Shown here one piece after another: positions 29,779-38,492 of a DNA stretch of 64,000 bases. Under the pieces are notes generated by a model, which worked only from the letters and a program-made list of their open reading frames with translations, made no database searches and was not told the origin of the DNA. A program made the position numbers and the translations under genes. The number at the start of each line of letters is the position of its first letter. Positions within the stretch are counted from its first letter, which is position 1. The DNA is from Candidatus Anderseniibacteriota bacterium (GTDB taxonomy: Bacteria; Patescibacteriota; Andersenbacteria; UBA10190): contig JACPWO010000001.1 of NCBI GenBank assembly GCA_016197005.1, positions 282,544 through 346,543 of the forward strand, in the 5' to 3' direction.

Positions 29779-30142
29779 ACGTTAAAAATAGGAGCTCAAG
29801 AGATAAAAACAAAATAACAACAATTAACGTTACCCACCAGCGAAGAAGCCGTTGTAACTGAAGCATAAGTAATAAATTGATCAGGAGTCCCAACCATACT
29901 CCCTGTCGTAAACTTGTCCGAACTCGATACGCAGCTAGTTGAGCGGGACTTATGAGTCGACGGATACCATAGCCAAGAAAAGAAATTGTGCTGGCAACAG
30001 CTAAAAAGAATGTCATAAAAAACATCGTAAAGCCAATGACCTCAGCTTCAGCTGGGTCAATCCATGCCACCACCAAGAACCATATTCCCCAGAATACGAG
30101 TGAAGCTAAAAAAGAACCCCACAGAAACACGCGAACGGTCAT
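29720..30142 (-). CDS. Hypothetical polytopic membrane protein
   Basis: 140 aa with four hydrophobic helices. It overlaps the pheS start by 59 nt, so the true boundary is uncertain. Confidence 0.4.
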   Translation of the reverse strand: MTVRVFLWGSFLASLVFWGIWFLVVAWIDPAEAEVIGFTMFFMTFFLAVASTISFLGYGIRRLISPAQLAAYRVRTSLRQGVWLGLLINLLLMLQLQRLLRWWVTLIVVILFLSLELLFLTYDKSTSRHQRTSPEGSSRA

Positions 30143-30200
30143 GTGTCTAGTATCAAGGATGCAGACCGAGCTTACAAGCAGCTAACTGGACAGCGACCAG

Positions 30201-30216
30201 GTTTTTTGTATGATAA
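30201..30216 (+). promoter_or_regulatory. Candidate extended -10 promoter for tRNA-Asp
   Basis: TTTTTTGTATGATAAC contains TGtATGAT about 12 nt upstream of the tRNA 5' end. Confidence 0.3.
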
Positions 30217-30227
30217 CCAATACGTTT

Positions 30228-30304
30228 GGACCCGTAGCTCAGTTGGTTAGAGCGTCCCCCTGTCACGGGGAAGGTCACCGGTTCGAGTCCGGCCGGGTCC
30301 GCCA
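30228..30304 (+). tRNA. tRNA-Asp (anticodon GTC) with CCA encoded
   Basis: It folds by hand into a cloverleaf. The acceptor stem is GGACCCG/CGGGTCC and the anticodon loop CTGTCAC gives GTC. The T-arm is GGTCACCGGTTCGAGTCCGGC and it ends GCCA. Confidence 0.9.
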
Positions 30305-30380
30305 ATACGCTTGCGTAGGTAAGCTCTACAATTTATACAGCTTCAATATTCAAATTTTCTTGCGATTCCGTTTATTTAAC

Positions 30381-30404
30381 AGGACTCGTCCTTATTTTTT
30401 TCAC
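30381..30404 (+). terminator. Weak hairpin plus T-tract downstream of tRNA-Asp
   Basis: AGGA-ctcg-TCCT is followed by TATTTTTTTCA. The stem is short. Confidence 0.25.
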
Positions 30405-30474
30405 CTTTAGAAAAATTTTATACAACGAAAGAGTGTCCGGAGTCCTAATGTAGGTTCTCTGTCTGCTTAGAAAG

Positions 30475-30909
30475 TTATGGGCGATCGACCGTACGTTGTA
30501 CTTCTACCGGATCAGTTGGTTTTACAAGTTGGAAGAGTTTTACTACGCCGTACGCAATAACGAGGTACACGAGCATAGCAATAATGGTTGGCCACTCAAT
30601 AACTGAAGATCCCAGCACAGTGGCACTAACAATTCCACGAAATGGTAACGCAAATGGAGCACTCAGAGTGTAAATCAGATCAGTGAACCCGCTATTGGGA
30701 TTCGCTCCGACCAGCCGGAGAAAGAATCGAAATGCTAATAATACTTCGATAATACCTAGGATGTACCAAATTACTTGGTAGGCTCGAAAAATTGCCTTCT
30801 TCTTCGTGTAGGCTTGTTGCGGCGTTTGATTTTCTAGCGGTGTCACCGGGTCAGATTGATATACGTCAACGGGCTGATCGTCTGATCGCAACGGAGGCAT
30901 TAAAGTCAT
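30475..30909 (-). CDS. Hypothetical membrane protein (144 aa)
   Basis: It has a charged N-terminus followed by two or three TM helices (IWYILGIIEVLLAF, IIAMLVYLVIAYGVV). Confidence 0.5.
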   Translation of the reverse strand: MTLMPPLRSDDQPVDVYQSDPVTPLENQTPQQAYTKKKAIFRAYQVIWYILGIIEVLLAFRFFLRLVGANPNSGFTDLIYTLSAPFALPFRGIVSATVLGSSVIEWPTIIAMLVYLVIAYGVVKLFQLVKPTDPVEVQRTVDRP

Positions 30910-31044
30910 AGCGAGAGCTTTAAAGAATTATGTCTTTATTGTAACGAAATGCTGACTAGACGCTAGCCTTTATAGACAAGATTTCTGACATATAAACTGA
31001 AAATTATTTTCCCTGGACTTTTGCTGTATCTTTCTATGTGATTA

Positions 31045-31073
31045 TTGATTTTCGCTCTTGCTCCACGTATATT
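31045..31073 (+). promoter_or_regulatory. Sigma70-like promoter for the first tRNA-CAT
   Basis: The -35 is TTGATT, the spacer is 17 bp and the -10 is TATATT. The -10 ends 11 nt before the tRNA 5' end at 31085. Confidence 0.45.
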
Positions 31074-31084
31074 TGACCACACAT

Positions 31085-31156
31085 GGCGGGGTAGCTCAGT
31101 GGTAGAGCGATGGACTCATAAGCCATAGGTCATGGGTTCGATCCCCATCCCCGCTA
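31085..31156 (+). tRNA. tRNA with anticodon CAT, elongator-type features (tRNA-Met or lysidine tRNA-Ile2); no CCA encoded
   Basis: The acceptor stem is GGCGGGG/CCCCGCT with G1-U72. The D-arm is GCTC-AGTGGTA-GAGC with a pyrimidine11:purine24 pair. The anticodon loop is CTCATAA and the T-arm is ATGGGTTCGATCCCCAT. Confidence 0.85.
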
Positions 31157-31180
31157 CAATCTTCGCAGTTAGATATATAT

Positions 31181-31212
31181 GTACAAAATACAAAGCCCCG
31201 ATGTGGGGCTTT
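31181..31212 (-). terminator. Minus-strand-oriented intrinsic terminator hairpin
   Basis: On the minus strand AAAGCCCC-acatc-GGGGCTTT is followed by GTATTTTGTAC. Nothing equivalent follows it on the plus strand. Confidence 0.4.
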
Positions 31213-31530
31213 GTGAGACTCCCAAAGCTTAGAAGCTCGGGATAATCCTTGAGTTAGGCCACTCAATTGACGAGACAGGATGCTTTTGTGTGCTTTACTG
31301 CCATTTCCGGCAGAGAGATGTTCAGGTCAAAAGTGGAGTGGTCGTGCTTTCACCCTTCAAAATCTATCCGTTTATCACAAGTCTATTTTTTCCTGAGTTG
31401 TCAAGCAAAGGTGACATCTACAGACTCCCTGTTTGCCTAAGAGGTAAAAATTCGCTACAGTAGCATTTGCTTGCGCTTAAATTCGTAGGCGTGGACCTTC
31501 TAAGGTGTTTAAACAGAGACACTTTTATAA

Positions 31531-31602
31531 CGCGGGGTGGAGAAGTAGTATCTCACTTGGCTCATAACCAAGGGATCGCTGGTGCAATTCCAGCCCCCGC
31601 CA
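31531..31602 (+). tRNA. Atypical tRNA with anticodon CAT and initiator-like features (candidate tRNA-fMet)
   Basis: The acceptor stem CGCGGGG/CCCCGCC leaves a C1xC72 mismatch. U8 is present. The D-stem GAGA/TCTC has A11:U24, which is an initiator hallmark. The D-loop AGTAGTA lacks the G18G19 dinucleotide. The anticodon stem CTTGG/CCAAG is perfect and the loop CTCATAA gives CAT. The T-stem is GCTGG/CCAGC, but the T-loop is TGCAATT, with G at position 55 instead of U. No CCA is encoded. Confidence 0.6.
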
Positions 31603-31653
31603 CACATTTCTCAGGAAAAAACTTCAATGGGACAGCTATGTTATCCTAAGTAG

Positions 31654-32766
31654 ATGACGCTCCTTCAGCGCTTTTTGCTTTTGTTTTTTCTCTGTCTTTG
31701 CATCCAAGGATACTTATGGCAACACACTATTATTCTAGATATTCACCCGTGGACGCATGCGACTGAGGCACTGGTATCATGGAACTCTCCCGTGCTACGA
31801 GATCCTTTTACCTATGGGTATCCCGGCACACTTCCGATGCTGATCGCCGCTGGAATAATGCAACTCTTTCCCATACAGGCAGTACAAGCATACGCCGGCA
31901 GCATGGCTCTTATTATCTCGCTTGCTGCCAGTAGTGTTGGTTTACTGGCGTGGCGACTACGACCAAAAACTCCTTTGTGGCTAATCACTTCCCTTTTACT
32001 GTCCTTCAATCCACTTCTTACAAACGCCACTCCGCCGAGCGCCATGGTCGCAACTATCCTCGCGCTTACATTGCTATATGTTATGTATATTGAAGAGTCT
32101 TCCGTATCTTCTTGGTTTGATCCATTACTTCTCGGCGGGCTGCTCGGTATTGCCGCCACTATCCGACTTGATGCCGCCATTCTATTTGTCATTCCCATTC
32201 TCCTCTACAGCACGATGCGATGGGCACCAAAACACACTGCCCTTATTCTTATTTCTAGTCTTTCCGTATTTATTGCGGGCAATCCTTTTATGATGTTTGA
32301 GCCGTCCTACTTCCTCACTGCATTTTGGGATAAAGCTTTATATCATGCGATTGAAAAAGAAGCGCTTACGCTTTCACTGGGGTCACTTCTCCAATATTCA
32401 ATCTTCGCAATTATTGGAGCTGCACTTACTGTTATCTCGGTAGTCGTACCGAGGTCGTTTACTTCTATCTCGAAACGGTTCCTGGTCTTGGCTTTTTCTA
32501 TTACTGCTCTTTTAGGGATTAGTTTGTCCTTAGTTAAGTACCAAGCAATTTGGTACACTTTGCCTGTTGTCCTGTTCTGGGAAATGATGACACCCATTAT
32601 CTTAATTGATTTTACTCGCTTCTTTTCAGCACCACGAACGTGGCGCTATTCCGTCACTCTGCCCGTTGCTGCTCAAGGTGTCATTGCTTTTATTATTGTC
32701 GGAGGCTCGGCCGCTCTATATATCCAACACCTAACGAAACCATCAGTTCTTTTCTTACTCCCATGA
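31654..32766 (+). CDS. Polytopic integral membrane protein, possibly a GT-C-fold glycosyltransferase
   Basis: 370 aa with about 10 TM helices and a conserved-looking first loop (DIHPWTHATEALVSWNSPVLRDPFTYGYPG). Its stop overlaps the gpmI ATG as ATGA. Confidence 0.45.
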   Translation: MTLLQRFLLLFFLCLCIQGYLWQHTIILDIHPWTHATEALVSWNSPVLRDPFTYGYPGTLPMLIAAGIMQLFPIQAVQAYAGSMALIISLAASSVGLLAWRLRPKTPLWLITSLLLSFNPLLTNATPPSAMVATILALTLLYVMYIEESSVSSWFDPLLLGGLLGIAATIRLDAAILFVIPILLYSTMRWAPKHTALILISSLSVFIAGNPFMMFEPSYFLTAFWDKALYHAIEKEALTLSLGSLLQYSIFAIIGAALTVISVVVPRSFTSISKRFLVLAFSITALLGISLSLVKYQAIWYTLPVVLFWEMMTPIILIDFTRFFSAPRTWRYSVTLPVAAQGVIAFIIVGGSAALYIQHLTKPSVLFLLP

Positions 32767-34358
32767 ATTCTCTCGCCCCTCCTCGTCCCCTCCTTCTTGT
32801 CATCTTAGATGGCTGGGGTATTAGTTTTGTTGAGAAAGGAAACGCGATCTGGAAAGCAACAACACCAAATATGGATTCATTTTTACGTTTGTATCCCAGC
32901 GCCGCGATTCAGGCCGCGGGTATTGAAGTGGGACTACCGTGGGGTGAAGTTGGAAATTCCGAAACCGGTCATCGAAATATTGGTGCTGGCTCAGTGCAAT
33001 ACCAAATGCTTCCAGCCATTGATACTGAAATTGAGCACGGTGAGTTTTTCAAAAACGAAGCTCTGTTACAAGCAATTGGGCACGCGCGCACAAATAAGTC
33101 TTCTCTTCATCTGATTGGCCTGCTGTCTCCCGGCGGAGTTCATTCACACATGAACCATCTCTTTGCTTTACTTAAACTTTGCAAACAAGAGCGTCTCAAG
33201 CAACCGGTATATATTCATATAATTACAGATGGACGAGATACTCCTCCCCAAAGCGCTCTGTCCTATCTCCAACTACTTGAAGAAGCAATCGGCAAACATG
33301 GCATCGGTGTTATTGCTTCAATCACTGGACGCTTCCATGCAATGGATCGAAATAAGAATTGGGACCGAACAGAAGCCACCTTCAACATGCTCACGGGTGG
33401 CCCCAGGCCTGGTGGCGCTTCATCAGCCAAGCAAGCACTCGAAGCCTCGTATGCCCAAAATGTAAATGACGAAATGATTGTACCGACCGCTATTACTCGA
33501 GGTGGTGGACCAATTGCTGAAATTAAAGATAACGATGCGGTTATTTTCTTTAACTACCGTCCTGATCGAGCTCGTCAACTGACCGAAGCTTTTGTGCAAC
33601 CAGAAAACGTTGGTTTTGCCGCCAAACGTTTTACCAATTTACTCTTTGTCACTATGAGTAAGTACGATACGACTATTCCCGCTCCCGCTGCCTACACCGA
33701 GACAATAGCTGAATATCCGTTGGCCCGAGTGTTGTCGGAAGCTAATCTCAAACAACTACACATAGCGGAAACAGAGAAATATGCTCACGTTACGTATTAC
33801 GTTGATGTCGGACATGAAGTTCCTTTCCCTGGCGAGGATCACATCATGATTCCATCATCCGGGGCTACTAACTTTTCGACTGAGCCGCATATGCAAGCTG
33901 AGGCTATTACCGATAAGATTATTTCCGAAATTGAACGCGGACAATATGACATTTATGTTGTTAACTTTGCTAACGCCGATATGGTTGGCCACACCGGTAA
34001 CTTTGAGGCAACTGTGGAAGCATGTGAATTCGTCGATGTTTGCATGGGACGCCTCATGAGATCAGCCCATGCTGCTGGTGGCGCTCTTCTTATTACTGGT
34101 GACCATGGCAACGCCGAGGAAAAAATTCATCAGGAAACAAATGAGGTATTAACTGATCATACGAATAATCCCGTACCTCTCCATTATGTACACCCGGCGC
34201 TAGCCCGTACTACAGCAAAGAGTGATAAGGAAGTAATTGAAATCCTTTCCTACCCTATTGGTGTACTGGCAGATATTGCTCCAACTGTTTTGGAGATTCT
34301 GCAGCTACCAAAACCCTCACAAATGACCGGGGTATCGCTTCTTAATTCGCTGCGGTAA
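32763..34358 (+). CDS. gpmI: 2,3-bisphosphoglycerate-independent phosphoglycerate mutase
   Basis: The metal-site motifs of iPGM are present (LLVILDGWGIS, GNSETGHRNIGAGSV, ITDGRD, ADMVGHTG). The track's N-terminal extension lies inside the upstream gene and is not real. Confidence 0.9.
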   Translation: MNSLAPPRPLLLVILDGWGISFVEKGNAIWKATTPNMDSFLRLYPSAAIQAAGIEVGLPWGEVGNSETGHRNIGAGSVQYQMLPAIDTEIEHGEFFKNEALLQAIGHARTNKSSLHLIGLLSPGGVHSHMNHLFALLKLCKQERLKQPVYIHIITDGRDTPPQSALSYLQLLEEAIGKHGIGVIASITGRFHAMDRNKNWDRTEATFNMLTGGPRPGGASSAKQALEASYAQNVNDEMIVPTAITRGGGPIAEIKDNDAVIFFNYRPDRARQLTEAFVQPENVGFAAKRFTNLLFVTMSKYDTTIPAPAAYTETIAEYPLARVLSEANLKQLHIAETEKYAHVTYYVDVGHEVPFPGEDHIMIPSSGATNFSTEPHMQAEAITDKIISEIERGQYDIYVVNFANADMVGHTGNFEATVEACEFVDVCMGRLMRSAHAAGGALLITGDHGNAEEKIHQETNEVLTDHTNNPVPLHYVHPALARTTAKSDKEVIEILSYPIGVLADIAPTVLEILQLPKPSQMTGVSLLNSLR

Positions 34359-35805
34359 ATTCCGGAAATTTCTGCCAAAAATTATGTTGCTGTTCGTATG
34401 TATGTGCTGCAGCAAAAAGCCGTTGTTCTTCAAAATGCGGTGCAGCCAGTTGCAATCCAACCGGTAAGTTATTAACAAATCCAGCCGGAACAGAGATGGC
34501 GGGGATACCAGCCAGCGGCTGTAACACAACTAATGCATCAGTGAGATACATTTGCAGTGGATCTCCAGTTTTGCTCCCAATCTTAAAAGCAGTTTCAATT
34601 GTTGTTGGTCCAGCAATAATGTCGACTTCTTTGAACGCTGCTTCGTACTCGCGACGAATGAGCGTACGTACTTTGGCTGCTTGTTTATACCACGCATCAG
34701 CGTAACCAGCCGATAACGCATACGTACCCATAAGAATGGTTCGTTTTACTTCTGGACCAAATCCTTGGCCCCGCGCTTCTTTGTAGCGGTCAATAAGACT
34801 AGCAGCTGCTAATTCCTGTTTTCCAAAACGTAGGCTGTCGTACCGAGCAAGGTTCGTTGATCCTTCCGCTTTTGCCAGAAGATAATATACCGGCACACCA
34901 AGAGGAGTAAGCGGTAGTGAGATCTCCTGCAGTACAGCTCCCTGCTCTTCAAATGTTTTTAGAGCTTGGTGAATAATAGTAGCCACGGCTGGATCAATTC
35001 CTTCCCCAAAAAATTCCTTAGGCACTCCAATTCTCACGCCCTTCATGTTTGTACTCAAAGATTCGTGATATGCCTCAACCGGCGTACTGGAAGTTGTAGC
35101 GTCTCGCCTATCTTGCCCTGCCATAACCGAAAGCATGAGAGCAGCATCTTCAACTGTACGAGTAATAGGACAAATTTGATCAAGCGAGCTGCCGTACGCA
35201 ATGGCCCCGAAGCGGCTGACACGACCGTATGTTGGACGCATACCAACTACTCCACAAAAACTAGCCGGGTGTCGGCTAGAGCCGCCGGTGTCAGTACCAA
35301 GGGCTGCTAGTACCTCCCCGGAAGCTACCGCTGCCGCTGAACCACCTGAGCTTCCTCCTGGAACACGCGAGGTATCCCACGGATTTTTGGTAGGACCATA
35401 CGCAGAATATTCCGTACTTGCGCCCATGGCGAATTCATCACAGTTAGCTTTGCCAATAATAACTGCTCCTTCTTTTTTTAATTTTGTAACAACCGTCGCG
35501 TCATATGGTGAACGAAAGTTCTCTAACATCTTTGATGCAGCGCGTGTGTGTCCTTCAGTCGTACAAATATTATCTTTGACAGCAATGGGTATCCCCTCGA
35601 GTACTCCTACCCTACCTTGCTTGCGACGCTTATCTGATTCTTTAGCCTGCGCGAGTACTTCTTCTTCAAGGACTTCAACAAATGCATGAATTTTCTGCTC
35701 CCACTTACCAGTCTGCGCTAGCGCTTGTTTTGTAAGCTCGACGGCAGATACTTCGCCAGCGTCCAAAGATTTTTTTGCAGCGGCAATTGTTTGTGGCAAT
35801 GACAT
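34342..35805 (-). CDS. gatA: Glutamyl-tRNA(Gln)/aspartyl-tRNA(Asn) amidotransferase subunit A
   Basis: It carries the amidase signature (GGSSGGSAAAVASG, the GTDTGGS region) in 487 aa. It follows gatC. Confidence 0.9.
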   Translation of the reverse strand: MSLPQTIAAAKKSLDAGEVSAVELTKQALAQTGKWEQKIHAFVEVLEEEVLAQAKESDKRRKQGRVGVLEGIPIAVKDNICTTEGHTRAASKMLENFRSPYDATVVTKLKKEGAVIIGKANCDEFAMGASTEYSAYGPTKNPWDTSRVPGGSSGGSAAAVASGEVLAALGTDTGGSSRHPASFCGVVGMRPTYGRVSRFGAIAYGSSLDQICPITRTVEDAALMLSVMAGQDRRDATTSSTPVEAYHESLSTNMKGVRIGVPKEFFGEGIDPAVATIIHQALKTFEEQGAVLQEISLPLTPLGVPVYYLLAKAEGSTNLARYDSLRFGKQELAAASLIDRYKEARGQGFGPEVKRTILMGTYALSAGYADAWYKQAAKVRTLIRREYEAAFKEVDIIAGPTTIETAFKIGSKTGDPLQMYLTDALVVLQPLAGIPAISVPAGFVNNLPVGLQLAAPHFEEQRLFAAAHTYEQQHNFWQKFPEFTAAN

Positions 35806-35806
35806 A

Positions 35807-36109
35807 CTATTTAGTAAAGACTGCTTTTACTTGCACCTGCCCGTTCTTCGTCTGTGGGGCTTGGTCGAGTAACTCGTCATGACTGGCGAGTTCTTGTGAG
35901 TGAGATTCATCCGCTCGCATAACATTCGTCAGACCAGAAGCGTCATCACTCGTGGGAACATTAGCCGTATCGATACCTTGAATAGCAGAAAAATGAGCAA
36001 AAATACCTTCTAGATTTTTAGTAGCTTCTGTTAACTCTTCGTTGGTTAACTGAAGACGGGCTAGATCCGCCATTTTTGTTACTACGTCTTTGGAAATACT
36101 CGTACTCAT
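35807..36109 (-). CDS. gatC: Amidotransferase subunit C
   Basis: 100 aa. The N-terminal DVVTKMADLARLQLTNEEL is typical of GatC. It sits between ligA and gatA. Confidence 0.8.
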   Translation of the reverse strand: MSTSISKDVVTKMADLARLQLTNEELTEATKNLEGIFAHFSAIQGIDTANVPTSDDASGLTNVMRADESHSQELASHDELLDQAPQTKNGQVQVKAVFTK

Positions 36110-38094
36110 TACTGGCTAATCATTTTCTTAAACTCCGCTGGTGTCAATTGTGTTAAGCCAAGAGCCTCAGCTTTTTTTGCTTTACTACCCGCATCCTCTC
36201 CAACAACTACATAATCCACTTCCTTACCGGCACTGGAAACGGCTTTACCACCTTGCGCCTGTACAATTTGCTTCGCTTCATCTCTTGTCATATCTCCCAA
36301 TGAACCAGTAAACAAAAATATTTTGCCGACAAACTTACCGGTGCTGCGGTACGACTCCACTCGAATCCCAGCTTTCTCGTACTTCTTTAAAAGATTCTTA
36401 GCTTCCTTAAAATCAAAGAATGCTTTAATACTCTCCGCTACTTTTTCGCCAATACCTTCGATGGCGAGTAGTTTTTCAACTGAAGCATTTATTACCTTAT
36501 CCAGTGTTTTAAATTCCTGAGCTAAATCCTGAGCGGTGACGGCACCAACGTTAGGAATAGACAAAGCTACTAGGAACCGAGCGAGTGGAATACTGGTGCG
36601 TGACTGTATTTCTTGGACGAGCTTCCCGGCTTTCTTATCAGCAAATTTTTCCAGTGGCGTTAGATCTCCCGCAGTTAATTCCCATAAGTCTGCCGGATCT
36701 TTAATTAATCCTTCTTGTAAAAGCTGTTCTGTAATTTTGTCCCCCAAGCCCTCTATATCAAAAGCGGCTCGACTAACAGCATGTAGAATTTTTTCTCGCT
36801 GCACCGGAAAACATTTTTTGTTAGTACAACGATACACCGCGCCATTCTCTTCGCGAATTACCTTTGAGCCGCAGACAGGACACACTTTGGGAAACTGAAA
36901 TGGCTTGGCGCTTTTCGGTCTCAGCGTCGGTAACACTTTAACTACTTCAGGAATAATATCGCCTGCTTTATGTACGATTACCGTGTCCCCGATTCGAACA
37001 TCTTTACGCTCAATTTCATCAGCATTGTGCAGAGTCGCTCGCGACACAGTTGTTCCTGCTACCGAAACTGGTTTTAAATGAGCCACCGGCGTAAGCGTAC
37101 CGGTCCGCCCTATTTGCACCACGATATCTTCAATAACAGTGGTTGCTTCTTCGGCCGCGAATTTGTAAGCAATAGATCCCCGCGGCGCCTTACCAATAAT
37201 GCCAAGTCGCCTCGAGATACCAAGATTATTGACCTTTAGTACTAATCCATCTACTTGAAACGGATACTTGAGGCGTCGTTTTTCTTCCTTCGCAATAAAA
37301 GATTTGAAATCCGCTAACGATTCAAAAAGCTGAGCATGTGGCGGCACGGGAAATCCAAGTTTTTGCAGTAGCGTATATTCTTCTTGCCGAGTTGTAAGCG
37401 GAACTCCGCGGGCAATTTCCCAGGCATAGAATCGCAGCGGGCGCTTGGCCGCTAACTTAGGATCCAATTGTCGAATAGAGCCCGCCGATACATTCCGCGG
37501 ATTTGCAAACAGTGACTTTCCTTCTTTTTTGCGCCGAGCATTCATCTTCTCAAAATCTGCCTTTAACATGTATACCTCCCCGCGGACTTCCACCTCGCCT
37601 TTCATTTCTTCACGAAGCTGAAGCGGAATAGCGTCAATCGTGCGCATATTATGTGTCACATCTTCGCCCACTCGGCCGTCACCCCGAGTAGCGGCGACTT
37701 TGAGTGCTCCGTCTCTATAGATGAGGGATACTGCGACACCATCAATTTTTAGCTCGGTAAAGTAAGAAAAATCTATGGGAATAATCTTTTTGTTTCGTTT
37801 TTCCCATTCCTGCAAATCATCAACACTAAACGCATCAACCAACGACAACATAGGAGCAGCGTGTGGTACTTGGCGAAAGGCTGCCAGCGCCTGTCCACCT
37901 ACTCGCTGCGTTGGTGAATCCGCAGTTATAAAATCTGGGAACTGTGTTTCAAGTTCCATTAGTTCGTTCTTTAAACTGTCGAGAGCAGCATCAGAAATTT
38001 CTTGCTTATCAAGAACATGGTAGAGATAGCGATGGTGGTTAATTTCTTTCCGAAGGGCCTCGACTCTTTTTTTCACTTCCCCCTTTGCCGTCAT
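36109..38094 (-). CDS. ligA: NAD-dependent DNA ligase
   Basis: It has the adenylation motif KxDG (TELKIDGVAVSL), a Cys4 zinc finger (CPVCGS...C), HhH motifs and a C-terminal BRCT domain. Confidence 0.9.
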   Translation of the reverse strand: MTAKGEVKKRVEALRKEINHHRYLYHVLDKQEISDAALDSLKNELMELETQFPDFITADSPTQRVGGQALAAFRQVPHAAPMLSLVDAFSVDDLQEWEKRNKKIIPIDFSYFTELKIDGVAVSLIYRDGALKVAATRGDGRVGEDVTHNMRTIDAIPLQLREEMKGEVEVRGEVYMLKADFEKMNARRKKEGKSLFANPRNVSAGSIRQLDPKLAAKRPLRFYAWEIARGVPLTTRQEEYTLLQKLGFPVPPHAQLFESLADFKSFIAKEEKRRLKYPFQVDGLVLKVNNLGISRRLGIIGKAPRGSIAYKFAAEEATTVIEDIVVQIGRTGTLTPVAHLKPVSVAGTTVSRATLHNADEIERKDVRIGDTVIVHKAGDIIPEVVKVLPTLRPKSAKPFQFPKVCPVCGSKVIREENGAVYRCTNKKCFPVQREKILHAVSRAAFDIEGLGDKITEQLLQEGLIKDPADLWELTAGDLTPLEKFADKKAGKLVQEIQSRTSIPLARFLVALSIPNVGAVTAQDLAQEFKTLDKVINASVEKLLAIEGIGEKVAESIKAFFDFKEAKNLLKKYEKAGIRVESYRSTGKFVGKIFLFTGSLGDMTRDEAKQIVQAQGGKAVSSAGKEVDYVVVGEDAGSKAKKAEALGLTQLTPAEFKKMISQ

Positions 38095-38492
38095 AAATCA
38101 CATCCAGCAGTGGTTCTAATGCTAATTCGCCGCTGATCACCGGCGTGTCGCCCAAGGCTGGTCAAACAGTTATACACCCCAAACGGATCAGATACGAGTT
38201 CTCCTTCTGCCTCAAAAGTAGCGGCTTCATCCTCATACTCAATCTCTCCCTCTTCCACTGTTACCTCTCCTTCTCGTTGTCCGGCAATACGCAAAGCAAA
38301 CAATTTAAATTGGGCTTCCTCAATACCAGAGTCCGCGGCGTAAAAAGCGCGTTCCGACGAAATGACGTCGCGAACTAAGCGGATTTGTACACTGAGCACA
38401 CCACTTAAAGCGATGGCGGCAGACGTAATAACTGCCGCTGCAATAAGAGCGATGTAAATCGAGACGTCTCCGCGGTTATTATCGACGAACAT
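38091..38492 (-). CDS. Minor pilin/pseudopilin-like protein (PilX-like)
   Basis: It has an N-terminal hydrophobic helix (VSIYIALIAAAVITSAAIALSGVLSV) and is co-linear with three prepilin genes. Confidence 0.5.
   Translation of the reverse strand: MFVDNNRGDVSIYIALIAAAVITSAAIALSGVLSVQIRLVRDVISSERAFYAADSGIEEAQFKLFALRIAGQREGEVTVEEGEIEYEDEAATFEAEGELVSDPFGVYNCLTSLGRHAGDQRRISIRTTAGCDL

Noticed and set aside
31216-31530. Possible RNase P RNA (rnpB) in the tRNA spacer, because the size is about right and there are AGGGTGAAAG-like and GAAGGTCC-like words on the minus strand
   Set aside because: I could not find the P4 pseudoknot complementarity (the GGAAAGUCCGG / CCGGCUUA pairing) or the conserved ACAGAA. 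I left it as an unclassified ncRNA candidate instead.
30228-31602. tRNA genes as integration hotspots with an adjacent mobile element
   Set aside because: The flanking genes are small membrane proteins and housekeeping genes. There are no direct repeats of tRNA 3' ends and no recombinase.
32640-32762. N-terminal extension of the gpmI ORF (MALFRHSARCC...)
   Set aside because: It lies inside the upstream membrane-protein gene in another frame. The conserved iPGM N-terminus begins at the ATG at 32763, which overlaps the upstream stop.
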